Assembly (NCBI GenBank): GCA_000965745.1 | Contig: CP009479.1 | Coordinates: forward strand, 928,001 to 992,000 | Reading direction: 5' to 3' | DNA: 64,000 nt | DNA from: an uncultured archaeon | GTDB lineage: Archaea; Thermoplasmatota; Thermoplasmata; Thermoplasmatales; Thermoplasmataceae | Translations under genes and position numbers: made by a program | The notes under the pieces: model-generated | What the model was told of the DNA's origin: nothing | Databases searched by the model: none | Seen by the model: only the letters and a program-made list of their open reading frames with translations | Shown here: piece after piece, positions 10,377-19,557 of the stretch | Position numbering within the stretch: the stretch's first letter is position 1 | Layout of the letters: each line of letters opens with the position of its first letter

Positions 10377-10432
10377 ATATATAATTATATATCCAATATA
10401 GTTAGATATATAATATTTGGACATCTTATATA
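10377..10432 (+). promoter_or_regulatory. AT-rich pst promoter region with a perfect 16-bp palindrome and repeated ATATA boxes
   Basis: ATATATAATTATATAT at 10377-10392, further ATATA units, CTTATATA TATA box ~30 nt before the pstS ATG. Confidence 0.5.
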
Positions 10433-10463
10433 TCATTTCCAAGAATCTTCACCTGAAAATCAC

Positions 10464-11540
10464 ATGAACACAAGAAACGTAGCAATAACAATAATTGTTG
10501 CAGTGATCGTAGTGGTTGCAGGTGTAGTAGCCTATGAGCATTTCAGCTCGGGCACCAGCGCACCAAAACAGACCATCACAGAAGCTGGATCAAGCCTGCT
10601 CTTCCCGGTATTTAATTCATGGGCAGGAAACTACACTAATGCAAGCATTCAACCCGCCGCAGGCGGCAGTGGACTTGGAATCTCACAGGCAATAACAGGA
10701 CAGACTGACATAGGAGCTTCAGATGCATATTTGCCGGAAGCTACAGCGAACGCAAACCCGTATGTTATGAACATTCCGATTCTGATATCTTATCAGTACA
10801 TAGCATACAATGTTCCCGGAATCAACAACGTTCATCTGAACCTTTCTGCTAACGTAATTGCTGGCATATACATGGGAAAAATAACCAACTGGAACGATTC
10901 TGCAATTCGGGCTGCCAACCATGGCGTGAACCTGCCAGACCATTCAATATCGCCTATACACAGGTCTGACGGAAGTGGAGATACCTTCATGTTCACATCA
11001 TTCCTGAGCAAGGGGAACTCAACCTGGAATACAACCATTGGAGCCTCCACAGCACCCAACTGGCCAAGTGTTTCAAAAGCGTTGACTGGAGACGGTAACA
11101 CTGGAATCATAGCAACAATGAAATCCAACCAATACAGCATAGGGTACATTGCAGCAACATACAACAAGACAGTGACAGCCGATGGATTCGGAATAGCACA
11201 CCTCCAGAACAGAGATGGGAAATACGTGTCACCAACAGTGCAGAATGTAATCACAGCAGCCTCAAAGTATCTCAATGACATACCTGCAAGCGGAACGATA
11301 GCACTTCAGTACGCTCCAGGGCCAACTTCCTACCCGATAGCAGACATGGAATACGTCATAGTGAAACAGAACCAGACCAGCCAGGCAAAGGCAACGGCAA
11401 TGCAGGACTTCCTGAAATGGGCAGTCAGTTCAACAGGCGGAAGCCAGTCAAAGTATCTTGATCAGCTTGATCTTGCACCACTGCCACCAGCTGTCGTGAA
11501 CAACGTGACAATACCGCTGATAAACAAGATAGCTGGTTGA
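10464..11540 (+). CDS. pstS: phosphate ABC transporter substrate-binding protein PstS
   Basis: AGSSLLFP, GGSGLGI, GASDAYL, HRSDGSGDTFMFT; N-terminal TM anchor. Confidence 0.95.
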   Translation: MNTRNVAITIIVAVIVVVAGVVAYEHFSSGTSAPKQTITEAGSSLLFPVFNSWAGNYTNASIQPAAGGSGLGISQAITGQTDIGASDAYLPEATANANPYVMNIPILISYQYIAYNVPGINNVHLNLSANVIAGIYMGKITNWNDSAIRAANHGVNLPDHSISPIHRSDGSGDTFMFTSFLSKGNSTWNTTIGASTAPNWPSVSKALTGDGNTGIIATMKSNQYSIGYIAATYNKTVTADGFGIAHLQNRDGKYVSPTVQNVITAASKYLNDIPASGTIALQYAPGPTSYPIADMEYVIVKQNQTSQAKATAMQDFLKWAVSSTGGSQSKYLDQLDLAPLPPAVVNNVTIPLINKIAG

Positions 11541-11553
11541 ACTGGAGGAAAAT

Positions 11554-12531
11554 ATGAATACAAAAAACAAATCTTTTAATTTTTTAACTTTTTTAATGGC
11601 CATAGTACCAGCTTTCGTGCTTCTTTCAATTGTTGGGTTTGTTTTCTACTACTCTATCCCGGCAATAAAATTCATGGGAATCAACTTCTTCACAACATTT
11701 CTTTGGAACCCTGGGATTCAGTCAAAGCCGCCTGAGGTAGTCAATGGGGTACTAGCACCGTTCGGTGCGTCATTCGGAATACTTCTCTTCCTTCTGGGAA
11801 CAGTCGTTACATCACTTCTCGCACTTCTAATAGCCTTCCCGCTCAGCTTTTTACTCGCCTTGACGATTGAACTCTATACACCACTGAGACTAAAAAGAGG
11901 ACTGATCTCATTAGTTGAGCTATTTGCAGGGATACCAAGCGTGGTTTACGGACTTTGGGGGATCGTTGTTCTTGAGCCGGTTTTACTTAACAGTGTGGAG
12001 CCATGGATGAGTGCAAACCTATCCTTTATCCCGGGATTTTCGGGTGAAGTATACACTGGGGCCGGCATAATCGCTTCCGGAATAATTCTGAGCATAATGA
12101 TCGCGCCAATTATAACATCTGTAATGGTCAACAGCTTCGACACAGCGCCTGAAGGCATCAAGAGGGGAATAATATCATTGGGGGCAACAAAATGGGAACT
12201 TGGAAAGTATCTCATTACCAATTATTCAAGATCATCAACATACGGAGGCACCCTTCTTGGACTCGGCAGAGCGCTCGGAGAGACCATGGCAGTACTGATG
12301 GTAAGCGGAGGACTGGTCAACGTATACCCGGGAAGCATATATTCGGCCATAAACACAATGGCAGCTCACATAGCGTCTTATCTCGACAGTGCATTCTTCG
12401 ACAGCACAGGGATGAATGTTGCCGCACTAGCATATCTTGGCTTGGTGCTTATGGGAATCTCCCTAGTTGTAAACATCATTGGAAGAAAGATCGCCGGAAG
12501 AGGTGTATTGAGGGGGTATGAAAGTGATTAG
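11554..12531 (+). CDS. pstC: phosphate ABC transporter permease PstC
   Basis: ELFAGIPSVVYGLWG, LGLGRALGETMAV. Confidence 0.93.
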   Translation: MNTKNKSFNFLTFLMAIVPAFVLLSIVGFVFYYSIPAIKFMGINFFTTFLWNPGIQSKPPEVVNGVLAPFGASFGILLFLLGTVVTSLLALLIAFPLSFLLALTIELYTPLRLKRGLISLVELFAGIPSVVYGLWGIVVLEPVLLNSVEPWMSANLSFIPGFSGEVYTGAGIIASGIILSIMIAPIITSVMVNSFDTAPEGIKRGIISLGATKWELGKYLITNYSRSSTYGGTLLGLGRALGETMAVLMVSGGLVNVYPGSIYSAINTMAAHIASYLDSAFFDSTGMNVAALAYLGLVLMGISLVVNIIGRKIAGRGVLRGYESD

Positions 12532-13390
12532 CAACGATGAGCGGGCGTCTGTAACGTGGAAAAACATCAAGACAAGAAGAGGCAAGGATGGTGCGGCCAG
12601 AGCTCTAGGCTACCTTGCCCTGCTGGTCATGTTTGGAATACTTGCATCTATTTTTGGCTACATAATGAGGGGTGGAGCTACCCACATAACAATTCAGATG
12701 CTTACAACTGTTGGAAACGGCTCGACCGGCGGGCTTCTTAACGCCATAGTCGGTACGTGGCTTCTCGTTGGTGTGGGCCTAGTATTCTCATTGCCTCCGG
12801 GGATACTAGGGGCCCTTTACTTTGTGCAGAGGAAATCCATGACCAGGATGGCATCAATAATGAGGATGTTTACGGATGTCCTCACAAGTGTGCCGTCAAT
12901 AGTCATAGGACTGTTCGGCTACCTTGTTCTCGTTATAAGGTTCAACATGGGCTTCTCACTGACGGCAGGGGGCATGGCCCTTGGAGTGATGATGCTACCA
13001 TATATCCTTAGAGTTTCCGAACTTTCCATGAAAGATGTGTCAAAGGAACAGGTTGCCAACGCGTATGCACTCGGAGCGGACGATATCCAGGTAGCGACGA
13101 GGATATACATACCACAGGCAATAGCCGGAGTATTATCAGGAATCCTGCTTGCAATCAGCATAGCAGCAGGAGAAACAGCACAACTTCTCTATACGGCGTC
13201 ATGGAACAATAGTTTCACGAGCGGATTTTTGCACTCTCGTGTAGCGTACCTGACCTATGTGGTGTGGTACGGAATTGATCAGCCGGGGCAGTCTGCACAC
13301 AACCTGGCGTTTGTTGCAGCGTTGATACTCATATTGACAGTAACCGCGTTGATCGTGATATCAAAATATGTTAACTACAAAAGGAGGTAA
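12518..13390 (+). CDS. pstA: phosphate ABC transporter permease PstA
   Basis: GGLLNAIVGT, VPSIVIGLFGY, AAGETAQLL. Confidence 0.93.
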   Translation: MKVISNDERASVTWKNIKTRRGKDGAARALGYLALLVMFGILASIFGYIMRGGATHITIQMLTTVGNGSTGGLLNAIVGTWLLVGVGLVFSLPPGILGALYFVQRKSMTRMASIMRMFTDVLTSVPSIVIGLFGYLVLVIRFNMGFSLTAGGMALGVMMLPYILRVSELSMKDVSKEQVANAYALGADDIQVATRIYIPQAIAGVLSGILLAISIAAGETAQLLYTASWNNSFTSGFLHSRVAYLTYVVWYGIDQPGQSAHNLAFVAALILILTVTALIVISKYVNYKRR

Positions 13391-13395
13391 ATAAA

Positions 13396-14145
13396 ATGGA
13401 AAAGATAATAGAAATAAAGAATCTGAACGTAAAAGCAGGAAAGAAAGAGATTCTGAAGGATGTAAAACTAAACATCTACAGAAACAAAATAAACACCATA
13501 GTCGGACCCTCCGGCGGAGGCAAGAGTACGCTGTTGAGATGTCTGAACAGGCTCACTGAACTCGAACCCAACTTTGAGATCAGGGGTGAGATCCTCTTCA
13601 ACGGCAAGGAACTGAGGGAATACAGCGACATAGAAGTCAGAAGACAGATTGGAATGGTATTCCAGAGGCCGAATCCATTCCCCATGTCAATCTATGATAA
13701 TGTGGCATTCGGAGTCAGGCTGCAGGGCAACGTGAAGAAGGAGAAACTTGACGAAATGGTCAGGACATCCCTTGAAGAAGCTGGACTCTGGGATGAGGTC
13801 AAGGATGACCTTAAAAGGTCCGCGTTCACGCTTTCAGGAGGTCAGCAGCAGAGACTCTGCATTGCCAGGGCGCTCGTTCTGAGGCCGGAGATCCTCATGA
13901 TGGATGAGCCAACCAGTTCCCTGGACCCTGCGGCAAAGGCAAAAGTTGAGGACCTGATGCTTGATCTTAAAGAAAAATACACCGTAGTGCTCGTGACCCA
14001 TGACATAATACAGGCGAGAAAAGTTTCTGACTACACTGCAATGATATTCAACGGAAAAATTGTTGCAACGGGAGAAGGAAGAGACCTGTTGGAGGAATCC
14101 TCCAGTGATTCCGTGAAATCCTTTCTTGGATCAGTTATGGCATGA
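13396..14145 (+). CDS. pstB: phosphate ABC transporter ATPase PstB
   Basis: GPSGGGKST, GMVFQRPNPFPMSIYDNVAFG, LSGGQQQRLCIARAL. Confidence 0.95.
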   Translation: MEKIIEIKNLNVKAGKKEILKDVKLNIYRNKINTIVGPSGGGKSTLLRCLNRLTELEPNFEIRGEILFNGKELREYSDIEVRRQIGMVFQRPNPFPMSIYDNVAFGVRLQGNVKKEKLDEMVRTSLEEAGLWDEVKDDLKRSAFTLSGGQQQRLCIARALVLRPEILMMDEPTSSLDPAAKAKVEDLMLDLKEKYTVVLVTHDIIQARKVSDYTAMIFNGKIVATGEGRDLLEESSSDSVKSFLGSVMA

Positions 14146-14212
14146 GCAGGGCAATGAGGACGATTTGTAGTTAAGTCCTCTACTATTTATTTCATTTAGA
14201 GATGGTGATCTT

Positions 14213-14809
14213 GTGCATTATACAGAGATTCTAGTCGCAAGACATGGAGAGACGGACTGGAACAACAGCGGAAAGTGGCAGGGAGACAGCGACATACCGC
14301 TCAATGCGAAAGGCATGGAGCAAGCGAGGGAACTCGCCGGCAGATTATTGAAAGAAGATATCAGGTATATTTATTCCAGCGACCTCAGCAGGGCCAGGAC
14401 AACTGCTGAAATTGTAAGAAAAATTATCTCTTCATACGGCGTCTACGAGGAAAAGGGGCTCAGGGAAAGAAGCCTGGGAAAATTTGAGGGGTGGTCTGCT
14501 GAGCAGGTAGCCAGATACATGGGCATCCCCGAAGAAGAAGCCTACCGTCTTGAGACCGATGAACTTATGATCGACACCTTCCCGACAGTCGAGAGATGGG
14601 CCGACTTTGTAAACAGGGTCTGGGAATCGCTGAACGACATAGCAGACAAGCATACAGGGTCCAAATGCCTGGTTGTTGCCCATGGCGGAGTGCTGAGGGC
14701 TATAACAATGAAGCTCGGCAACGGCGAAGGGACACGATTAAATTTTGAAAACACTGAATTCGTCAGGCTTTCGTTCGATGGGGAAAGGATATCCCTTATC
14801 GGGGAATAA
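14213..14809 (+). CDS. histidine phosphatase (phosphoglycerate mutase-like) family protein
   Basis: RHGETDWN, SSDLSRA, VVAHGG. Confidence 0.9.
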   Translation: MHYTEILVARHGETDWNNSGKWQGDSDIPLNAKGMEQARELAGRLLKEDIRYIYSSDLSRARTTAEIVRKIISSYGVYEEKGLRERSLGKFEGWSAEQVARYMGIPEEEAYRLETDELMIDTFPTVERWADFVNRVWESLNDIADKHTGSKCLVVAHGGVLRAITMKLGNGEGTRLNFENTEFVRLSFDGERISLIGE

Positions 14810-14850
14810 TTCGCTTTCCTTGTGTCCCGCCCTTCAGGGGAATTCCGGGG

Positions 14851-15624
14851 CTAAAGCCCTGTCTGGACATTCTTGTAGAGCCTCAAAGATATTACGAACA
14901 GTACCACCATTATCACTGTTATGAGCAGCATCTGGTAGGCAGTGGACAAGCCTATACCGTAAACCATTGAGTCACGCACAATATTTGCCACATAACTAAG
15001 CGGGTTTAAGGAAGAGATTATTCTGAGAGCCTCCGGGGTCTCAGAAGTGATTGGGTAGAAGGCGGTGCTCGCAAAGTCCAGTATAAAGAAAAGGAGAATG
15101 GTAAGCGTATTGTAGGCCTGCATGGTTCTGACGAGTATTGAAAGAATCAGGAACAGTGATGAAAACAGTATCGTGCCTGCCACCAGTGAAAGCACAAGGT
15201 AGAGTGAAGAAAGGACGCTGAGTGAAAAACCCCCTGCAATGAAGGTTGCAAGTACCATCATTATAGCACTTCCGCCGAGTGAGAATATTATTGAAACACT
15301 TATTATTCCCAGGAGGTAGTCCGTTCTTCTGAAAGGGCCAACCATAAGTTGTTCGAACATGCCCCATCTCCTGTCTGACCATAGCATTCCACCACCTATA
15401 TTTCCAGCAGTGAATGCCTGCATTCCCACTATTCCAGGAGCAAGGAACTTTGTGTAGGATATTGATTCGTTGTTTATCCCGATTGATGGAATGATTCCTT
15501 GAAACATGATTCCCAGCACCAGCAAATAGAACGCTGGCAATCCAAGCATGAAGAACATTGTGCCTGGGTCAGTGTTGACACTGATGTTTCTGAAGGTCAG
15601 CCTGATGAATGCCGGAATCCTCAT
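14851..15624 (-). CDS. ABC-2 type transporter permease
   Basis: FLAPGIVGM, DRRWGMFEQL, NPLSY; overlaps the cognate ATPase. Confidence 0.85.
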   Translation of the reverse strand: MRIPAFIRLTFRNISVNTDPGTMFFMLGLPAFYLLVLGIMFQGIIPSIGINNESISYTKFLAPGIVGMQAFTAGNIGGGMLWSDRRWGMFEQLMVGPFRRTDYLLGIISVSIIFSLGGSAIMMVLATFIAGGFSLSVLSSLYLVLSLVAGTILFSSLFLILSILVRTMQAYNTLTILLFFILDFASTAFYPITSETPEALRIISSLNPLSYVANIVRDSMVYGIGLSTAYQMLLITVIMVVLFVISLRLYKNVQTGL

Positions 15625-16574
15625 CGTTTCACAACCTCCAGAAAGACATCGTCGAGGGACGGCGCATCGAATATAATCTGATCAATCTCTATTGACATTG
15701 ATGTAATTTTCTTGATCATAAGGTTAAGTATTCTGCTCATGTTGTTTCCCACGATCCATATCGACCTGCCTCTAACCTGGAAATCCGTGACCCCGTCTGC
15801 ATTCCTGATGAAATCCGAAACATCATTCTTTTCAGCATCTTCAAGCACGTTGTGCATCGTGATTTCCAGCTTCTTTACTGATCCGAACTGGTCCTTCAGC
15901 TGGCGGGAAGTTCCTTCGGCGACGAGCTTTCCGTTGTCTATTATTCCTATGCGGTCACAAATGTAATCTGCTTCCTCAAGTATCTGCGTGGTGAACATAA
16001 CAGTCAGCCCTCCCTTGGCCTTCTCCTTGACGAAATCAAGGACCTTTCTCCTCATAATCGGGTCCATACCGACAGTAGGCTCGTCGAGAAAGAGCACATC
16101 CATGTCGTGTATGAACTCTCTGGCAACCTGGAGCCTTTTCTTCTGCCCGCCTGAAAGCTCAAAGACCCGCTTCCTCCTCAACTCGGAAAGGTTGAACAGT
16201 TCAATAAGCTGATCCATTCTCTCTTTGACAACTGCTTTTGGGACTTCCCACAGCATTCCATAAATCTTGAAATTGTTCTCTACAGTAGTGAAGTCGAAAG
16301 CCTCTTCCTGCTGAACTACTCCAACTATCTTCCGTATGCTGTTGGGCTTCTTTCTGAGATCGAGGCCTGATACGTGCACAGTTCCGGCAGAGGGGGGAAT
16401 AAGCGTCGTGAGAACTTTAATTGTAGTGCTCTTTCCAGCCCCGTTTTTTCCAAGGAGCCCGTAAATCTCGCCCTTCTCCACACTAAAACTCAGATCGTCT
16501 ACTGCATTCTTCTTACCGTCATAGGTCTTCACCAGGTTTCTAACTTCAACAGCTTTCTGAGAGTCTGTGGTCAC
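15621..16574 (-). CDS. ABC transporter ATP-binding protein (DrrA-like)
   Basis: GKNGAGKST, LSGGQ, FLDEPT. Confidence 0.9.
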   Translation of the reverse strand: MTTDSQKAVEVRNLVKTYDGKKNAVDDLSFSVEKGEIYGLLGKNGAGKSTTIKVLTTLIPPSAGTVHVSGLDLRKKPNSIRKIVGVVQQEEAFDFTTVENNFKIYGMLWEVPKAVVKERMDQLIELFNLSELRRKRVFELSGGQKKRLQVAREFIHDMDVLFLDEPTVGMDPIMRRKVLDFVKEKAKGGLTVMFTTQILEEADYICDRIGIIDNGKLVAEGTSRQLKDQFGSVKKLEITMHNVLEDAEKNDVSDFIRNADGVTDFQVRGRSIWIVGNNMSRILNLMIKKITSMSIEIDQIIFDAPSLDDVFLEVVKR

Positions 16575-16678
16575 CAGCCCCTATTACAATCTCAATTAAT
16601 AGATTTGCCAGAATTCAAACGCGCAGGGCCAAATCATGCCCGCTTTGGAGGAAAAATATGTTATTTTTGAAAGTGGTT

Positions 16679-17218
16679 TTACTGCTGCTTCAGCAGCTCA
16701 ACCCTTACTTCAAACTTCACTTTGCTGCCCACAAGAACTCCTCCATTGTCAAGGGGGGTGTTCCACTTAAGGCCAAAGTCTTCTCTTACGATCTCACCAT
16801 TGACGTTGATCCCAATCCTTTCGTTCCCCCAGGGATCTTTGGCATTTCCTTCATATTCCCCATCAAGGGTGATTTCCTTTGTTACGTCCCTTACTGTCAG
16901 GTCGCCTGTTATCTTGTACTTGCTGTTTCCAACACTCTCTATTTTCTTTGACACAAAGCTCATCTTGGGGAACTTCTCAGAGTTGAAGAAGTCATCCGAC
17001 CTCAGGTGATTGTCTCTGTCGGGGTCAAGAGTCTCCACAGACGATGTCCCGATTTCTACCCTGGCCACCCCCCGTGTCAGGTCATCAACGTCCCCTTCGT
17101 ACTCCACGTTTATGTCTTTGAACCTTCCCTTTACTGTAGATATCATCATGTGCCTGACTGAAAATTCTGCAGATGAATGTGTAGCGTCCGCTTTCCATAC
17201 TGTCTTTGTCGTTTCCAT
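16679..17218 (-). CDS. YceI family (polyisoprenoid-binding) protein
   Basis: HSSAEFSVRHMMISTVKGRF, RDNHLRSDDFF, DPWGNER, REDFGLKWN; ATG at 17218 follows GGAGGTGA. Confidence 0.9.
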   Translation of the reverse strand: METTKTVWKADATHSSAEFSVRHMMISTVKGRFKDINVEYEGDVDDLTRGVARVEIGTSSVETLDPDRDNHLRSDDFFNSEKFPKMSFVSKKIESVGNSKYKITGDLTVRDVTKEITLDGEYEGNAKDPWGNERIGINVNGEIVREDFGLKWNTPLDNGGVLVGSKVKFEVRVELLKQQ

Positions 17219-17310
17219 TTGTTCACCTCCATCTTTCCGCCCCCATACCACTTTCACCACATTCAGGGTCCAGAAGTCCTGATGCGGATGGTTGTATGGG
17301 TAGTAGCAAG
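17219..17310 (-). promoter_or_regulatory. structured 5' leader of the yceI-like gene
   Basis: nested stems CCCAUAC/GUAUGGG, CCGCAU/AUGUGG, CAGG/CCUG between a TTTAAATATA box (17340-17331) and the RBS. Confidence 0.45.
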
Positions 17311-17366
17311 ATGCAAGTTGATATAGTAATTATATTTAAATACCTTATGCGACTAAAAGTAATCAG

Positions 17367-17753
17367 GTGACGGCAATGAAATCGAACGGTGAAGGCTCGG
17401 GCGTTCAGGTCAAGACTGAATTCTGCCCGATAGTTGAAGCAATAAGGCAGATAGGTGGAGAGTGGAACATGATCGTGGTCAGGTATCTCCTTGACAAACC
17501 CATGGGGTTTAACGAGATCTTGAGAAATGCGAAAGGAATGAATTCCAAGACACTTTCCAGGGTATTGAAGAATCTTCAGGGAAGGAGCATAGTGGACAGG
17601 AAGATCGTAAGCACCCAGCCTTTTTCTGTTGAGTATTCCCTCACTGAAAAGGGGGCGGCACTCCACACCATAATGGATGAACTGAAGAGATGGGGAGAGG
17701 TGTGGGTTCTCTCGCAGGGGAAACAGGGTACGGGGCCGTTGATCACCGATTAG
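17367..17753 (+). CDS. HxlR/DUF24 family winged-helix regulator with N-terminal Cys
   Basis: FCPIVEAIRQIGGEW, MGFNEI, SKTLSRVLKNL, VEYSLTEKG; divergent from yceI; ATG at 17376 is an alternative start. Confidence 0.88.
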   Translation: MTAMKSNGEGSGVQVKTEFCPIVEAIRQIGGEWNMIVVRYLLDKPMGFNEILRNAKGMNSKTLSRVLKNLQGRSIVDRKIVSTQPFSVEYSLTEKGAALHTIMDELKRWGEVWVLSQGKQGTGPLITD

Positions 17754-17804
17754 CCAGTCTACTGCCGCAAATAATACAATTACTCATAAATTCTACGGCC
17801 ATAT

Positions 17805-18107
17805 TCAGGTTTTGCCGGACCTTTTCCCTGCGGCAGTCTTTTTTGACGAAGTACTCTTTCTTCTCGAGGTGGTCCTGGCTACTATCCTGATAGCATCTTC
17901 CGTACTATTTGAACTGGAAAGCCTGTTTGCAAGATTCTTCTCCCCGATGTACCTGAGCCAGGTCGAGATATGCCCATTTAGCAGATGCCACTGAACACAA
18001 CCCTGGTCAACAGAGTTTAGCCTCCTCATCTCGCTTTCAAGCTCAATCAAATCAGTTGCCAGGCCTTTGACGCAATAGTAATAGGAGCGAAAAAGAAACG
18101 GTTCCAT
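17805..18107 (-). CDS. small hypothetical protein with basic C-terminal tail
   Basis: MEPFLFRSY...WHLLNGHISTWLRYIGE; ATG at 18107 lies downstream of an AT-rich promoter-like stretch. Confidence 0.6.
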   Translation of the reverse strand: MEPFLFRSYYYCVKGLATDLIELESEMRRLNSVDQGCVQWHLLNGHISTWLRYIGEKNLANRLSSSNSTEDAIRIVARTTSRRKSTSSKKTAAGKRSGKT

Positions 18108-18173
18108 AAATTTAAAAGTAAATTCAGGTGTATTAAGATTATTGAAATTACAATATATGATACCAGCTTTCAA

Positions 18174-19100
18174 TTACCCAATCTTTTCCATGAGGCCCAT
18201 ATTTTTCAGCACTATGTATCCTGCCGCAATGTCCTCAAGGCCGATCCCCATTGATTTAAAGACTGTTCTTCCCGCGTCGGCATAATCTTCCTTCTTCAGT
18301 ATGAAGTCCTTGAGTTCAACCATTTTTCCTGATTTCTCAGTCTTTGACAGGTGTATTATTTCTCCAGATTCTATAAGTGCCTGCTGAAGATGCTCCACGA
18401 CAACCAGATCGCTTTCAGCCAGGACATCATCGGCTGCTTCCTGCCTCATTGGAAGGTTGCCTCCAGCAAGGTTGACATGATACCTGTCCCCTAGCTGGGA
18501 CCTTGAAAATATTGCATTGTTTGAATCCGTCATGGAATTTACAATAGTGGCATCCTTGAGAGCTTTTCCTACATCTTCAAAGGGCCTTATCTCCATGCCC
18601 GTTTCCCTGCTGTATTTCTGTGCAAAATTCCGGGCATGCTCAAAAGTTCTGGAATAAACACGAATCTCGCTCAAATCCGCAACCTCAAGGATTCCTTTCA
18701 GTTGTGTTTCGGCCTGGAAACCTGAACCGATGAGAGTGAATACATGACCTTTCCCATTTGCGAGATGCCTTGTAACCATTGCAGGCAGCGCACCGGTCCT
18801 GATCTGCCCAAGCTTGTTTGCCTCTATTACGGCAATGAGCCTGCTCATGTTTGAGTCGAACAGAAGAACTACAAAGTGGGCTCCATTGGGGCCCGCTATG
18901 TACGTCTTCATTCCCGCAAGTCCAAGCCTCTTTGAAATGGCGGGCATTGTATTGAAAACAACCCCGTCCTGTATGTTTCTCTCACGAGGGGATGACTGGG
19001 CCTCCCCTTTGCCGTACTCAACAAACGATTTCTCAAGCTCTTCTATGGTCTCTCCCATCGGAAGGTTTTCCTCAACTTCTTTCTCATTAATGTAAAACAT
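18174..19100 (-). CDS. ornithine cyclodeaminase/mu-crystallin family protein
   Basis: LGQIRTGA, IGSGFQAETQ, FKSMGIGLEDIA; start placed at MFYINE (19100). Confidence 0.88.
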   Translation of the reverse strand: MFYINEKEVEENLPMGETIEELEKSFVEYGKGEAQSSPRERNIQDGVVFNTMPAISKRLGLAGMKTYIAGPNGAHFVVLLFDSNMSRLIAVIEANKLGQIRTGALPAMVTRHLANGKGHVFTLIGSGFQAETQLKGILEVADLSEIRVYSRTFEHARNFAQKYSRETGMEIRPFEDVGKALKDATIVNSMTDSNNAIFSRSQLGDRYHVNLAGGNLPMRQEAADDVLAESDLVVVEHLQQALIESGEIIHLSKTEKSGKMVELKDFILKKEDYADAGRTVFKSMGIGLEDIAAGYIVLKNMGLMEKIG

Positions 19101-19260
19101 ATTTATCGGCCTCTTTTCGAAATATTCCCCGGCACTTCCCGGAGCGTACATCAACCATTCGCCCGTCATTCAAAACAGTTGCGTTCTTCTGCAGCATCGA
19201 CACACAGCATTTTTCCGGCATTTGGTGAACCAATAAGTGTAAAATAGTAAAACTGGATAC

Positions 19261-19557
19261 ATGCCTGACATGGGTCCATCAGTAGAAATAGACCGATTAA
19301 GGGACTACATTGATTCGAACAGCTCTTACTCACTCGAAGAAAACGGCGAAAAGGTTGAAGTGCATTTTTCCCCAAACTTCCCGGAAGCCAGAGCTCATAT
19401 GCCGGATAACGAGCCAGTAGAGCACGTGATGTATGGCGATAAAAAGGATGGGAAGATATACTTCTACAGGTTCACAACTTTCAGCAGCTTCGGCGAAACT
19501 TCAATGGATCTGGAAGATGAGGACGATGCCGTGATGGAGTGGCTCAAGTATATCTAA
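19261..19557 (+). CDS. acidic hypothetical protein
   Basis: 98-aa ORF between divergent and convergent neighbours; no motif recognised. Confidence 0.55.
   Translation: MPDMGPSVEIDRLRDYIDSNSSYSLEENGEKVEVHFSPNFPEARAHMPDNEPVEHVMYGDKKDGKIYFYRFTTFSSFGETSMDLEDEDDAVMEWLKYI

Noticed and set aside
14826-14850. CCCGCCCTTCAGGGG as a second IS605-like end
   Set aside because: The stem is short with no guide tetranucleotide or TCAC/TCAA end; more likely a terminator between convergent genes
17240-17300. Hammerhead ribozyme in the yceI leader
   Set aside because: CTGATGC and CTGAATG do not match the CUGANGA core with correctly placed GAAA and stems
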